Shown: positions 51,907 to 61,317 of the stretch, piece by piece
Numbering within the stretch: position 1 is the first letter of the stretch
How the letters are laid out: every line of letters begins with the position of its first letter
Assembly (NCBI GenBank): GCA_963845565.1
Contig: CAWJSJ010000002.1
Span: forward strand, 160,001-224,000
DNA: 64,000 nt
From: an uncultured Methylomirabilota bacterium
Lineage (GTDB): Bacteria; Methylomirabilota; Methylomirabilia; Methylomirabilales; 2-02-FULL-66-22
Direction: 5' to 3'
Made by a program: the position numbers and the translations under genes
The notes under the pieces: generated by a model
Databases searched by the model: none
Seen by the model: the letters and a program-made list of their open reading frames with translations, nothing else
What the model was told of the DNA's origin: nothing

Positions 51907-52679
51907 GTCCCACCACGGAACGAGCGGTCTTCCTCATCCTGGGGGCCACAGGCGGAATCGGCTCGGCGCTGGCTCGGCGCCTGGCGAAGTCGGGCGGCCG
52001 TCTCGCCCTCGCCGCCCGCACGTCGGAGCCACTGGAGAGCCTCGCGCACGAGACCGGCGGTATTGCGATCCGAACGGACGCCACGCAGCCGGCCGAGGTG
52101 GACGCCGCCGTTGCCCGCACCCGTGACGAATACGGTCGGCTGGACGGCGTCGCGCACTGCGTGGGCTCTCTGCTGCTGAAGCCGGCCCATATGACGACCG
52201 ACGAGGAATGGTCGCAGACGCTGAACGCCAACCTTTCGTCGGCCTTCTACCTGTTGCGCGCCGCCGCCCGCGTGATGCAGCGGACCGGCGGATCCATCGT
52301 CCTGGTCTCCTCGGCCGCCGCCTCGACCGGCCTCGCCAACCACGAGGCCATCGCTGCGGCGAAGGGCGGGATCGCTGCCATGGCCACATCCGCCGCCGCA
52401 ACCTACGCCTCCCGGAACATCCGGGTCAATTGCGTGGCCCCCGGCCTGGTCCGGACGCCGTTGACCGCTCGGCTGACCGAGAGCGAGGTATCATTGAAAG
52501 CCTCCCAAGCAATGCACCCGCTGGGACGGATCGGAGATCCCGACGACGTGGCAGCCGCCATCGCCTTCCTGCTGGACCCGGCGAACAACTGGATCACAGG
52601 TCAAGTCCTGGGAGTGGATGGCGGCCTGGCCACCCTCAAGGTATCGGCCGGCCGCTCGGCATCGGCAAACGCATCATGA
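51903..52679 (+). CDS. SDR family oxidoreductase (non-canonical catalytic motif)
   Basis: [38 protein letters not shown] in place of YxxxK. Confidence 0.88.
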   Translation: MSPTTERAVFLILGATGGIGSALARRLAKSGGRLALAARTSEPLESLAHETGGIAIRTDATQPAEVDAAVARTRDEYGRLDGVAHCVGSLLLKPAHMTTDEEWSQTLNANLSSAFYLLRAAARVMQRTGGSIVLVSSAAASTGLANHEAIAAAKGGIAAMATSAAATYASRNIRVNCVAPGLVRTPLTARLTESEVSLKASQAMHPLGRIGDPDDVAAAIAFLLDPANNWITGQVLGVDGGLATLKVSAGRSASANAS

Positions 52680-52809
52680 TAGAACCCACTCGCCAGCCGC
52701 ACATCCCGGCGCCTGCGGCTGGCATCCGCCCGAAGGTGGCTTTGGCGTGGCGCCCAATCGAATGACAGGGGCCAACGGGACCCCCGTGGCCCTGCGAGGA
52801 GGAGATCCA

Positions 52810-53307
52810 ATGAAGGCGATGGTCAATCTCAAGAAGTTGTTCGCTCCCATGTTGGTCGCCGTAGCCCTGGTGGCCTGGGCCGTGATTCCGGCCCCTGCCG
52901 ATACCCAGAAGGACATCGTGGACACCGCCGTCTCGGCTGGCCAGTTCAACACGCTGGCCAAGGCGCTGACCGAGGCCGGGCTCGTCGAGACCCTGAAGGG
53001 TAAGGGACCCTTCACCGTGTTCGCTCCGACGGATGAGGCGTTCGCCAAGTTGCCCGCGGGCACGCTGGAGGCGCTGCTCAAGGACAAGGCGAAGCTCACG
53101 GCGGTCCTCACCTATCACGTCGTTGCAGGGAAGGTGATGGCGTCGGACGTGGTCAAGCTCAGTGAGGCCAAGACAGTCCAGGGACAGAACGTCAAGATCA
53201 CCACCATGAGCGGGGTCATGGTGAACGACGCCCATGTCGTCAAGGCTGACGTCATGGCCAGCAACGGCGTGATCCACGTCATCGACAAAGTGATTCTGCC
53301 CAACTAA
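52810..53307 (+). CDS. Secreted single-domain fasciclin (FAS1) protein
   Basis: Signal peptide, [30 protein letters not shown]. Confidence 0.93.
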   Translation: MKAMVNLKKLFAPMLVAVALVAWAVIPAPADTQKDIVDTAVSAGQFNTLAKALTEAGLVETLKGKGPFTVFAPTDEAFAKLPAGTLEALLKDKAKLTAVLTYHVVAGKVMASDVVKLSEAKTVQGQNVKITTMSGVMVNDAHVVKADVMASNGVIHVIDKVILPN

Positions 53308-53315
53308 CCGACCGA

Positions 53316-53350
53316 CCCGCTCCGGGTCTGTAAGGTCCGGAGCGGGCTTT
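53316..53350 (+). terminator. Intrinsic-terminator-like hairpin after the fasciclin gene
   Basis: CCCGCTCCGG-N11-CCGGAGCGGG-CTTT. Confidence 0.5.
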
Positions 53351-53396
53351 CCCTCAGCGTCAGTCGAGCTCAACTTCACGTCACGCGGAGTGTCCC

Positions 53397-54011
53397 ATGT
53401 CATCTCTGACACTGCTGGATGAACTCGAACTCAGGATGCCCCCGGCGGAACGCACCATGGAAGGGGCCGTCACGAGTATTCTGCATGCCATCGGCGAGGA
53501 CCCGAGCCGGGAAGGCCTCCTGAAGACCCCGGAGCGCGTGGCCAAATCCCTCGCCTTCCTGACGTCCGGCGCCGACAAGACCGTGGCGGATGTCTTGAAC
53601 GGTGCCGTCTTCACCGAGGATTACGACCAGATGGTCCTCGTCAAGGACATCGAGTTCTACTCGCTCTGCGAGCACCACATGCTCCCATTCCATGGCAAGG
53701 CCCATATCGCCTACCTCCCGGCCGGTCGTGTGGTCGGGCTCAGCAAGCTGCCCCGTTTGCTTGACGTGTACGCCCGACGCCTGCAAGTCCAGGAGCGTCT
53801 CACGCAGCAGGTCGCCTGGGCGCTTCAGGAAGCCCTGCGGCCCCGCGGCGTCGCGGTGCTCCTCGAGGCCGCCCACTTCTGCATGATGATGCGGGGCGTG
53901 GAGAAGCAGAACTCCAAGACCGTCACCTCGGCCCTGCTGGGCGAGTTCCGGGACTCTCCGGCGCTGCGCAACGAGTTCCTCTCGGCCGTCCGCGGTTCCG
54001 CGTCCTTCTGA
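53397..54011 (+). CDS. folE: GTP cyclohydrolase I
   Basis: [45 protein letters not shown]. Confidence 0.95.
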   Translation: MSSLTLLDELELRMPPAERTMEGAVTSILHAIGEDPSREGLLKTPERVAKSLAFLTSGADKTVADVLNGAVFTEDYDQMVLVKDIEFYSLCEHHMLPFHGKAHIAYLPAGRVVGLSKLPRLLDVYARRLQVQERLTQQVAWALQEALRPRGVAVLLEAAHFCMMMRGVEKQNSKTVTSALLGEFRDSPALRNEFLSAVRGSASF

Positions 54012-54198
54012 GGCGACGGATACTCCGATGCGGATAAGCTCACCTCTTGCACAGGTCCCTTCCGTGATAGAATCCACACGCCCGGACGCGCCGGGATCGA
54101 AGGATGCCTCGTGTCTTCAAGACAGCGCGGCCACCGGGCGGATCGCGCCGGCATCCTTCCTGTCCCGCTTCTCACCTGTTCCCATGCAAGGGCCCGAC

Positions 54199-55131
54199 AT
54201 GTCCCCTTCTCGTGAGCCGTCTTCGGAGTCCGGAGGCAAGCTGTCCATCGGCGCGCTGTCGCGGGCCACCGGAATCCCGATCGAGACGCTGCGTACCTGG
54301 GAGGCGCGGTACGGCTACCCGGTTCCGGAGCGTAAACCCTCCGGGCATCGCGTGTACCTCCTGACCAGCATCCCGCGGCTCCGACGCATCGCGGAAGCCC
54401 TGGCGCGCGGCCACCGGGCCGGGGATGTGGTCACGGCTTCCGACCAGACCCTCGCCGACCTGTTGGCTGCAACCAGCGTCACCGCGGCAGTCGCTCGGCC
54501 CACGACGGGCATGGTCCCCGGCGGGCCGTCCGACCTTCTGCATGCGATCCAGGCGTTCGATGCGGCCGGCCTTACCCGGACGCTCCTGCAGGATTGGGCA
54601 CGGCTTGGCCCCCTCGACTTCCTGAACACCCGGATCGCTCCCGCCATCCGGGAGATCGGCGACGCCTGGGAAGGTGGCCGTCTCGAGATCCGCCACGAAC
54701 ATTTCTTCTCCGAAAAGGTCGGCGACCTGTTGCGCAGTCTTCGGCTTCCGTTCGAGGAGCGCGGCCACGGCCCGCTGGTGGTGTGCTCCTCGCTCCCAGG
54801 CGAGCGGCACGCCCTCGGCCTCCAGATGGCGACCCTGGTGCTTTCCACCGCCGGCTGCCGCACCTTGTTCTTGGGTACGGAAGTCCCGGCCGCGCAGATT
54901 GCCTCTCTCGCCAGAGACCTCAACGCCCGGGCGGTGGCCGTCAGCGTCTCCCGGGCCTCGCGCGGAGCGGCCATGACCGCCCAGATCTCCAGCTTGCGGC
55001 GGTCGGTGCCACGCCGCGTCGGTCTGGTCGTTGGCGGGGACGGTGCGCCCCGGCCTCGGCCCGGCATAGCCGTGATCCAGGATCTCGCCGAGCTGGATAC
55101 CTGGGGACGGCGCTTGGCCGTTCCGGCCTAG
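54199..55131 (+). CDS. MerR-family B12-binding photoreceptor/repressor (CarH/LitR type)
   Basis: MerR HTH with RTWEARYG; W-x9-EH (WEGGRLEIRHEH); ExHxxG (ERHALG); VSVS and VVGG of the cobalamin Rossmann domain. Confidence 0.88.
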   Translation: MSPSREPSSESGGKLSIGALSRATGIPIETLRTWEARYGYPVPERKPSGHRVYLLTSIPRLRRIAEALARGHRAGDVVTASDQTLADLLAATSVTAAVARPTTGMVPGGPSDLLHAIQAFDAAGLTRTLLQDWARLGPLDFLNTRIAPAIREIGDAWEGGRLEIRHEHFFSEKVGDLLRSLRLPFEERGHGPLVVCSSLPGERHALGLQMATLVLSTAGCRTLFLGTEVPAAQIASLARDLNARAVAVSVSRASRGAAMTAQISSLRRSVPRRVGLVVGGDGAPRPRPGIAVIQDLAELDTWGRRLAVPA

Positions 55132-55153
55132 ACGACACAGAAGGGCGGAGACG

Positions 55154-56579
55154 TTGACGAGGCTGCGCTACCGACGGCATACCCGGATCGCCGCCCCGGC
55201 AGCGGACGTGTTTACCTGGCACGCCCGCCCCGGCGCCCTGGAGCGGCTCACCCCGCCCTGGGAGCAGCGTCACGGTGGAGAGTCGGACGGGCGGCGTCGA
55301 GGCGGGCGCGCGGGTTGTCCTGCGCGTAGAAGCCGGACCGGTCCGGCTTCGCTGGATCGCCGTCCACGACGACGTCATCCCCGGCCGCCAGTTCTGTGAC
55401 CGGCAGGCCCAGGGGCCGTTCCGATACTGGCGGCACCGACACCGCTTCGAGCCGGAGGGGACGTCCGCCTGCCGGCTCGAGGATGACGTCGAATACGCGT
55501 TGCCATTGGGATGGCTCGGGAGTATCGTGGCTGGAGGAAGCATCCATGAAAAGCTCGATCGGATGTTCGCCTATCGCCACGCCGTCACCAAGGCGGACAT
55601 CGAGACGCACGTTGCTCGTGAGGGGCGCCGGGCCATGCATGTCGCCGTCACCGGATCGCGGGGCCTCGTCGGGTCGGCCCTGGTCCCCTTCCTCACGACG
55701 GGTGATCACCGAGTAACCCGCCTGGTCCGCAGGGCGCCTGTCGGCCCCAACGAGGTCGCCTGGGATCCCGCGCGCGGCATGACCGATCTGTCCCGCCTCG
55801 AGGGGGTGGATGCGGTGGTCCATCTGGCCGGGGAGAACATCGCCGCGGGGCGCTGGACACCGGCTCGCAAGGCGGAGATCCGGCGAAGCCGCGTGGAAGG
55901 GACGCGCAGCCTGTGCGAGGCACTGGCCCGCCTGGCACATCCCCCGAAGGTCCTCGTGAGCGCCTCCGCCGTCGGTTTCTACGGAGACCGGGGCGACCAG
56001 ACCCTGACCGAAGAGAGCGGCGCGGGGAATGGCTTCCTGCCCGACGTCTGCCGCGAATGGGAGGCGGCCACCGAGCCGGCATCCCGGGCCGGCATCCGGG
56101 TGGTCAATCTCCGATTCGGCATGATCCTCAGCCCCGCCGGGGGCGCCCTTCGAAAAATGCTCCTGCCCTTCAGGCTGGGGGCGGGTGGGAGGGTCGGCAA
56201 TGGCCGGCAGTTTATGAGCTGGATTGCGCTCGACGACGCCATCGCGGCCATCCATCACTGCCTCTGCGAGGAGTCGGTCCGGGGACCGGTCAACCTGGCG
56301 GCGCCGGGACCGGTGACCAACGCCGACTTCACCCGCATCCTCGCCCGGGTGCTCCGACGGCCCGCCGTGATCCCGCTCCCGGCCTTCGCGGCCCGGCTGC
56401 TCTTCGGCGAGATGGCCGACGCCCTGCTCCTCGCCGGCGCGCGCGTCCTGCCCGCTCGACTCCAGGCGTCAGGGTATCGGTTCCGGTATCCGGATCTTGA
56501 GTCGGCCTTGCGGCATCTGCTCGGCCGGCGGGAAAAGGGACAACTCGGCAACTCGGCAATTGGGCAAGTAGGCAATTAG
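55154..56579 (+). CDS. SRPBCC-domain + TIGR01777 epimerase fusion, frameshift near 55270
   Basis: VFTWHARPGALERLTPPW, then GPFRYWRHRH and VAVTGSRGLVG, HLAGENI, SASAVGFYG, GRQFMSWI in the next frame. Confidence 0.87.
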
Positions 56580-56665
56580 GAAAGGCGGAGGCGCAGGCCC
56601 CAATTCCCCGAATTGCCGAGTCGCCGAGTCGCCCAATTGCCTAATCGCCCAATTGCCCAGTTGCC
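56541..56665. repeat. Inverted pair of octamer tandem arrays (GGCAATTN / NAATTGCC)
   Basis: caactcgg caactcgg caattggg caagtagg caattagg ... ccgaattg ccgagtcg ccgagtcg cccaattg cctaatcg cccaattg cccagttg. Confidence 0.8.
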
Positions 56666-56702
56666 GGCCCGCGTGCAAAACGAGATGCTCCACGGTGAAA
56701 CG

Positions 56703-58199
56703 ATGGACCGCGACCGCATTCGCACCCCACCAGAGCGAATCAGGCGCCTGAACGACCGGCCGGAACGGTCGCGGGCGGATTACGTCCTGTATTGGGTCCA
56801 GATGTACCACCGGGCGGAGCAGAACTGGGCTCTGACGGCGGCCATCGAGGAGGCGAACCGTCTCGCACTGCCCGTCGTGGCGTATCAGGGGCTGGGGCAC
56901 ACCTACCCGCAGGCCAACGACCGGCTCCACCGGTTCATCCTGGAAGGGGTCGCGGAACTCCCGGAGCGGTTCGCGCGACGCGGCATCCGCTACCACTTCT
57001 ATCTGCGCCGACGCGCGACGGACCCGAACGACCTGCTGTACCGCTTGGCGCAACGGGCTGCCTTGGTGGTGACGGATGACTTCCCCGCCTTCTTCATCCC
57101 CGATCAAACCGCCCGCGTCGCCGGCAAGCTGGACGTCGCCATGTCGGCGGTGGACAGTAACGGCATCGTGCCCTTGGCGGCGATCCCAGGGGAGCAATAC
57201 GGCGCCTACACGCTTCGCCCCCGGATACGGCGGCTGCTCCCCGACCACCTCGGTCCCGTGCCGGAACCGTCCGTTATGCGCGATAGTCTGGACCTTCGCC
57301 TTGATGGCCCCGGGACTCAGGTGGCGCTCGACTCGCTCGACTCCTTGATCGCGGGCTGCGCCATCGATCACGATGTCCGACCGTCCTCCGTCTATCGCGG
57401 AGGGTACCGCGAGGCGCGGGAACGGCTTGCCCGATTCATCGCCGGTCCGCTGGACGGCTATGGCACGGCACGCAACCAGCCGGGCGCCGAGACGACATCG
57501 CGGCTGAGCCCGTACCTGCATTTCGGCCAGATCTCCCCGCAAGAAGTCGCCCTGGCCGTCCGGGACGCCACCGGCGCCCCCCGGGAGCATCGGGACGCGT
57601 TCCTGGAGGAGTTGATCGTGCGCCGGGAGCTGGGGTACAATTTCTGCCGGTTCAATCCGAACCATCGAACCCTGGACGCGCTCCCCGCGTGGGCGAAGGC
57701 CACGCTCTCCGCGCACGCGGCTGATCCGCGACCCCACCTGTATGCGCCGGAGGATTTCGAGAACGCCAAGACTCATGATTATCTCTGGAACGCGATCCAG
57801 GCCGAACTGCTGACCACCGGTCTCATGTTCGGCTACTACCGGATGTACTGGGGCAAGAAGATCATCGAGTGGAGCCGCACCCCGGCCGACGCGCAGGCGA
57901 TCATGATCGGCCTGCACGAGAAGTATGCCCTGGACGGCCGGAATGCCAACACCTACAGCAACATCCTCTGGTGTTTCGGCAAGCACGACCGCCCCTGGTT
58001 CGAGCGTCCGGTGTTCGGCAAGGTGCGCTATATGTCGCTCGGCGGGATGGAGTCGAAGACCAACGTCGCATCGTATGTGGACCGGGTTAACCGCTGGTGC
58101 GCGGAGGCCGGCCGGCCGGACCTGTGCGTGCAGGCACCCGTGAAGCCGACACGGACGAAGCGCAATTCTGAAAGGAGGAGTCCTCATGCCCCGCGTTGA
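56703..58199 (+). CDS. phr: Deoxyribodipyrimidine photolyase, class II CPD type
   Basis: YVLYW..HRAEQNWAL, SRLSPYLHFGQIS, EELIVRREL, RMYWGKKIIEW, LDGRN, HDRPW.ERPVFGKVRYM. Confidence 0.93.
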   Translation: MDRDRIRTPPERIRRLNDRPERSRADYVLYWVQMYHRAEQNWALTAAIEEANRLALPVVAYQGLGHTYPQANDRLHRFILEGVAELPERFARRGIRYHFYLRRRATDPNDLLYRLAQRAALVVTDDFPAFFIPDQTARVAGKLDVAMSAVDSNGIVPLAAIPGEQYGAYTLRPRIRRLLPDHLGPVPEPSVMRDSLDLRLDGPGTQVALDSLDSLIAGCAIDHDVRPSSVYRGGYREARERLARFIAGPLDGYGTARNQPGAETTSRLSPYLHFGQISPQEVALAVRDATGAPREHRDAFLEELIVRRELGYNFCRFNPNHRTLDALPAWAKATLSAHAADPRPHLYAPEDFENAKTHDYLWNAIQAELLTTGLMFGYYRMYWGKKIIEWSRTPADAQAIMIGLHEKYALDGRNANTYSNILWCFGKHDRPWFERPVFGKVRYMSLGGMESKTNVASYVDRVNRWCAEAGRPDLCVQAPVKPTRTKRNSERRSPHAPR

Positions 58200-58533
58200 C
58201 TGGAGCTATCACCGCCCCGGGTGAAAGACCTGCGCCAAGACGCAAGAGTTTCTTGCGAAGAAGAAGGTCGAGACCGTGACGCAGGTGGACGCCAAGAAGA
58301 CGACGCTGAAGGAGGCAGAGGCCCTGGCGCTGGTCCGGGAGGTGGACGAGATCTACGCCAGCAAGGGAAAGCAGGTCGTGCATCTCGACCTCCGGAAGGA
58401 GAAGCCGGACAAGGCCGCCCTCCTGGGTCTGCTGCTCGGGCCGACGGGAAATCTGCGGGCGCCGACGCTGCGGAAAGGGCGGACGCTCCTCGTCGGTTTC
58501 GACGAGGTGTCCTACGCCGCAGTCCTGAAGTAG
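58186..58533 (+). CDS. ArsC/Spx-like thioredoxin-fold selenoprotein (UGA 58222-58224 read as Sec; UxxC motif), 115 aa
   Basis: AGGAGGAG RBS; MPRVDWSYHRPG-UGA-KTCAKTQEFL continues in frame into the 58276 ORF (GPTGNLRAPTL, LVGFD); SECIS-like hairpin downstream. Confidence 0.82.
58241..58257 (+). promoter_or_regulatory. Candidate bacterial SECIS stem-loop
   Basis: CGCAAGA-GTT-TCTTGCG; the apical loop starts with GU, with the G 24 nt after the UGA. Confidence 0.65.
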
Positions 58534-58542
58534 GAGAACGGT

Positions 58543-59040
58543 ATGCTCCACCGCGAGGCCCGGCGAAATCCGGCGTGGCAGGCTCTCGTCTTGGGCCTCT
58601 TCTACCTGGTGTGTTTCCTGGCCGCGGGCCTGGGCTCGCTGTTCACCATGGCCTCTGTCGGGGGCTGGTACACCACGCTCGTCAAGCCGTCGTGGCGCCC
58701 CCCGGATTGGATCTTCGGGCCAGTCTGGACCGTCCTGTACGCCACCATGGCCGTCGCCGGCTGGTTGGTGTGGCGGCGGGGCGGCCTGGCGAGCGTGCCG
58801 GCCCTTCGGTGGTTCGCGGCGCAGCTCGTCCTGAACGTCGGCTGGTCGGTCGTCTTCTTCGGCCTCCGGATGCCGGGGCTGGCGTTCGCCGAGATCCTGG
58901 CGCTCTGGCTTGCCATCGCGGCGACGTTGATGACATCCTGGCGAGTGTCCCGACCCGCGGGTATCTTGCTGGTCCCGTATCTGTTGTGGGTGAGCTTCGC
59001 GACGGTCCTGAATTTCGCCATCTGGAGGCTGAACGCGTGA
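58543..59040 (+). CDS. tspO: TspO/MBR tryptophan-rich sensory protein
   Basis: WYTTLVKPSWRPPDWIFGPVWTVLY, LNVGWSVVFF, PYLLWVSFATVLN. Confidence 0.93.
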   Translation: MLHREARRNPAWQALVLGLFYLVCFLAAGLGSLFTMASVGGWYTTLVKPSWRPPDWIFGPVWTVLYATMAVAGWLVWRRGGLASVPALRWFAAQLVLNVGWSVVFFGLRMPGLAFAEILALWLAIAATLMTSWRVSRPAGILLVPYLLWVSFATVLNFAIWRLNA

Positions 59041-60326
59041 CGCATCCGGGTGGAACGCTCGTTCCGGTGGCCATCGTAGGCGCGGGGCTGGCCGGCCTCG
59101 CCTGCGCGCGGACCCTCGCCAAGGCCGGCGTCTCCGTCACGATCCTGGAGGCGTCGGACGGCGTCGGGGGGCGCGTCCGGACGGATACGGTCGAGGGCTT
59201 TCGCCTGGACCGCGGCTTCCAGGTCTTCTTCACCGCCTATCCCGAGGCGCGGGCCGTGCTCGATTACCCGGCGCTCGATCTTCACGCCTTCGCGCCGGGC
59301 GCCCTGGTACGGGTCGACGGACGTTTCTATCGGATCATGGACCCGGCCCGCCGCCCCTTCGCCGCCCTGGCAGGGTTGTTTGCTCCGGTCGGGTCTCTCT
59401 CGGATAAGGCGAACACGCTCCGGCTTCGTCGGCAGGTTCTGTCTGCCTCCGTGGACTCCATTTTTTCCGCGCCGGAGCGGACCACGGAGGTCGCACTCAA
59501 AGAGTTCGGCTTCTCCGATCGCATCCTGGATCGCTTTTTTCGCCCGTTCTTCGGAGGGATTTTCCTTGAACGGGATCTCACGACCTCCAGCCGGATGCTC
59601 CGCTTCGTGTACCGGATGTTGGCCGAGGGCGATACGGTTCTGCCGGCCGAGGGCATGGAGGCCATCCCGCGACAGCTCGCCGCGGCCCTGCCCGAGGGCT
59701 CGATTCGCCTCCGCGCCCGCGTGACCGCCGTCGAGCCGGGCGCGGACTCCGCCCTGGTCCTCTTGGAGGGCGGGGAATGGCTGCGCGCCGGAGTCGTGGT
59801 CCTGGCAACCGAGGGCGACGCGGCGGCGGCGCTCACGGGGGCCTTCCCGGCGCCAAGGCCGCGACCGGTTGCGTGCCTCTATTTCTCCGCCGACCGCGCT
59901 CCGCTGCAGGAGCCCCTCCTCGTCCTGGATGGGGACGGCTGCGGACCCGTAAGTACCCTTGCCGTGCCAAGCCGAGTGGCGCCCAGTTACGCCCCGGCGG
60001 GCGGCCACCTGATCTCGGCCACGGTCCTGGGCGCGCCCGTCGAAAGCGACGCGGGTCTGGAGGCGCGCGTTCGCGGGCAACTCGCGGGCTGGTTCGGGAC
60101 GGCGCCGGTGGCTCGCTGGCGGTATCTTCGGACTTATCGGATTCCCTTCGCCCAGTTCGATCAATCGCCGGGCGTCCTGGAGCCCGCCCACCGCCCGGTC
60201 CGGCTCGGGCCCCGGCTCTTCGTCTGCGGCGACCATGTAGAGAACGCCTCCATCAATGGCGCCATGGCCGCCGGCCGCCGTGCAGCCGAGGCCATACTCG
60301 CCTCCCCGCAAGGAGTCCTGTCATGA
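59037..60326 (+). CDS. FAD-dependent oxidoreductase (amine oxidase / protoporphyrinogen oxidase-like)
   Basis: IVGAGLAG, EASDGVGGRVRTD, LDRGFQV, CGDH..SINGAMAAG; GTG start overlaps the tspO stop. Confidence 0.87.
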   Translation: MTHPGGTLVPVAIVGAGLAGLACARTLAKAGVSVTILEASDGVGGRVRTDTVEGFRLDRGFQVFFTAYPEARAVLDYPALDLHAFAPGALVRVDGRFYRIMDPARRPFAALAGLFAPVGSLSDKANTLRLRRQVLSASVDSIFSAPERTTEVALKEFGFSDRILDRFFRPFFGGIFLERDLTTSSRMLRFVYRMLAEGDTVLPAEGMEAIPRQLAAALPEGSIRLRARVTAVEPGADSALVLLEGGEWLRAGVVVLATEGDAAAALTGAFPAPRPRPVACLYFSADRAPLQEPLLVLDGDGCGPVSTLAVPSRVAPSYAPAGGHLISATVLGAPVESDAGLEARVRGQLAGWFGTAPVARWRYLRTYRIPFAQFDQSPGVLEPAHRPVRLGPRLFVCGDHVENASINGAMAAGRRAAEAILASPQGVLS

Positions 60327-61303
60327 CCACGCCAGCCGACGCGCCCGAAGGAGACGGCCGGCCCATCCGGGTCGGGATCAGTAGCTGCCTCCTCGGCAAC
60401 GAGGTCCGCTTCGATGGCGGCCACAAGCGGGACCGGTATCTCACGGACACCCTCGGACAGTTCTTCGAATGGGTGTCGGTCTGCCCCGAGGTCGAAATGG
60501 GCCTGGGCACGCCGCGCGAGACCCTCCGGCTCATCGGAGATGCGTCGGCCCCCCGCCTGGTGTTCGGAAAGACCCGTGGAGACCAGACCGACGGAATGCA
60601 GAACTGGTCGAAGGCGCGACTGGAGCAGCTCGCGACCGCGGATCTCTGCGGGTACATCCTGAAGAGCGACTCGCCGAGCTGTGGGATGGAGCGGGTGCGC
60701 GTCTACGGAGAAAGTGGGATGGCCAGCAAGACCGGGGTCGGCATCTACGCCCGCGCCCTGCTGGATCGCTTCCCCCTCCTGCCGGTGGAAGAGGAGGGCC
60801 GGCTCCACGACCTGCCCTTGCGCGAGAATTTCGTGGAGCGCGTCTTCTGCTACCGCCGCTGGCGCGATCTGACGGCCGGGGGCCTCACCCGGGGGAAGCT
60901 GGTGGCCTTCCATACCGCCCACAAGCTCCTGCTCATGGCCCACAGCCCCAAACACTACACGGCGCTGGGACAACTCGTGGCCGCCGCCAAGGCGCGTTCC
61001 CCGCGAGAACTGGAAGCCGAGTACGGTGCGCTCTTCATGACGGCCCTCAAGATCAAGGCGTCGGCCAAGAAGCACGTGAACGTCCTGCAGCACATCCTGG
61101 GGTACCTGAAGCGCGACCTGGACGCCAAGGACAAAACAGAACTCCTGGCCGTGTTCGGCGATTACCACAAGAACCTGGTTCCCCTGGTGGTGCCCCTGAC
61201 GCTCCTGAAGCACCACCTGGCCCGGATCCCGGTCCCGTACATCCAAGACCAGATCTATCTCCACCCTCACCCCAAGGAACTGATGCTCCGCAACCACGTG
61301 TGA
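60323..61303 (+). CDS. DUF523 + DUF1722 (YbgA-like) thiouracil desulfidase-family protein
   Basis: GISSCLLG..VRFDGGHK, CPEVEMGLGTPR, KSDSPSCG, EEEGRL, FHTAHK, NVLQHILGY, YLHPHP. Confidence 0.92.
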   Translation: MTTPADAPEGDGRPIRVGISSCLLGNEVRFDGGHKRDRYLTDTLGQFFEWVSVCPEVEMGLGTPRETLRLIGDASAPRLVFGKTRGDQTDGMQNWSKARLEQLATADLCGYILKSDSPSCGMERVRVYGESGMASKTGVGIYARALLDRFPLLPVEEEGRLHDLPLRENFVERVFCYRRWRDLTAGGLTRGKLVAFHTAHKLLLMAHSPKHYTALGQLVAAAKARSPRELEAEYGALFMTALKIKASAKKHVNVLQHILGYLKRDLDAKDKTELLAVFGDYHKNLVPLVVPLTLLKHHLARIPVPYIQDQIYLHPHPKELMLRNHV

Positions 61304-61317
61304 GGTCTGCGCACGCC

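Noticed and set aside
58221..59036. N-terminal extension of the 701-aa ORF
   Set aside because: Off-frame read across the selenoprotein and tspO genes; the oxidoreductase starts at 59037.
1229..60311. Long antisense ORFs (e.g. 1229-2839, 43212-45086, 45465-47306, 56469-58187, 58602-60311)
   Set aside because: Shadow ORFs typical of high-GC DNA opposite well-supported genes; no recognisable motifs.
60469..61317. N-terminal extension of the 773-aa ORF
   Set aside because: Overlaps DUF523-DUF1722 in another frame; the ALDH begins at 61318.
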